In this document: in pieces, positions 63,129-64,000 of the stretch | Layout: every line of letters begins with the position of its first letter | How positions within the stretch are numbered: the stretch's first letter is position 1 | NCBI GenBank assembly: GCA_048013815.1 | Contig: CM106585.1 | Span: 9,052,001-9,116,000 of the forward strand | Origin: Setoptus koraiensis | Taxonomy: Eukaryota; Animalia; Arthropoda | Direction of reading: 5' to 3' | DNA length: 64,000 nt | The notes under the pieces: generated by a model | Told to the model about the DNA's origin: nothing | Databases searched by the model: none | The model's input: only the letters and a program-made list of their open reading frames with translations | Made by a program: the position numbers and the translations under genes

Positions 63129-63204
63129 TACAACAAGTCAAAAAGTGCACACGCTCGCGTGTCGTTGTCTCTTATATTTGAGGATTCACAAAATTAGGAA
63201 CCAG
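63129..63204 (+). pseudogene. 76-bp relic of the lilli coding sequence (source 50176-50257)
   Basis: TACAACAAGTCAAAAAgTGCACACgCTCGCgTGTCGTTGTCTC------TTATATTTGAGGATTcACAaAATTAGGAACCAG aligns to the lilli CDS with 5 substitutions and a 6-bp deletion. Confidence 0.9.
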
Positions 63205-64000
63205 ACGATTCGATATACGACAAACCGATAAATCGATAAATTGCCAAGACTTGCCTGATGCGAGCGCCGCTCGCGTCTCTCTCTTGAACTAGGCTAAAAG
63301 AAATTGGCATATTTGCTCAAGGTCTCAATATTTTACAAGTTACAACGCGACAATAACGACCACTCATAATTCATGTTGCTCGATCGATACCGACAAGACA
63401 AGTGCCAAGCGTCTGGCAAGACCGCCAGACAGAGAGACAGAGAGCGTGTTTCACACATGTGACACAAATGCAAATTGTGTCACAGTTTGTTTTATTGTTG
63501 TTGTTGTTGTTGTTTTATTTTTTTATTTTAAACTTTTGTCGCTGCTGACATTGTCGCCTATGACACGCTGTTACATGGTCTATGTATTGTGTTTTGTGTT
63601 TCTTTCTCCCTGTCCCATTGGCTCGCAACTTGTGAGTCACAATTTGAGAGTCACAAGTCAGTCAATTAATTAGTCCAGTCAAGCGTTGCTTGCCCGATTG
63701 TTTGTTTGTTTGTCCTTATGTAACATTTATCAATAATACGCCAGCACGTGGTAGCGGCAAGTTGACCGATGTTTGTTTAGCGAGTAGTTTTTTTCATTGC
63801 AACAATTTCAAGTTTGTGTTCATAGTGTGCGTGTATGATGATATGTCATGTAATGTAATTGTGATTGTTTCATCGAGTGTTTTACATACAAAGATAGCAA
63901 GTGCATTTTACATGATACAGAGACAGTTAGAGGGAGACGTATATTTATCTATATAGATTTGATAGATATTTGTAGAGACAGGGGGAAATATTTGCGAAAT

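Overview
Eukaryotic (arthropod-like, most plausibly a small-genome mite; this is an inference) window with two sharply different domains. Bases 1 to ~43,100, and again ~63,200-64,000, form a low-complexity domain with no protein-coding gene I can recognise. It is packed with (CAA/CAG)n microsatellites, stuttered 8-27 bp micro-tandem repeats, perfect palindromes or hairpins and recurring TF-like motifs (CAGGTG/CAGGTA, TTACGTAA, TGACAG, GAGA). It looks like a giant intron or cis-regulatory landscape of a gene whose exons lie outside the window or are too small to see. Bases ~43,100-63,200 form a compact, intron-poor cluster: two tandem RPLP0 genes with identical proteins but diverged flanks, a miniaturised AF4/FMR2 (lilliputian) gene, an intronless Nup160, HSPBP1, a CALML4-like gene (3 exons), TTC38 (3 exons) and an orphan mucin-like type I membrane protein. 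The most notable observations are the apparent gene conversion of the RPLP0 pair, their non-canonical C-terminus (MGFDLFG), a 477-aa AFF scaffold that keeps its interaction modules, a lilli CDS fragment copied in front of the mucin gene, a 559-bp dispersed duplication with splice-like signals, and two strong fold-back elements (33,848-33,929 and 47,673-47,897).
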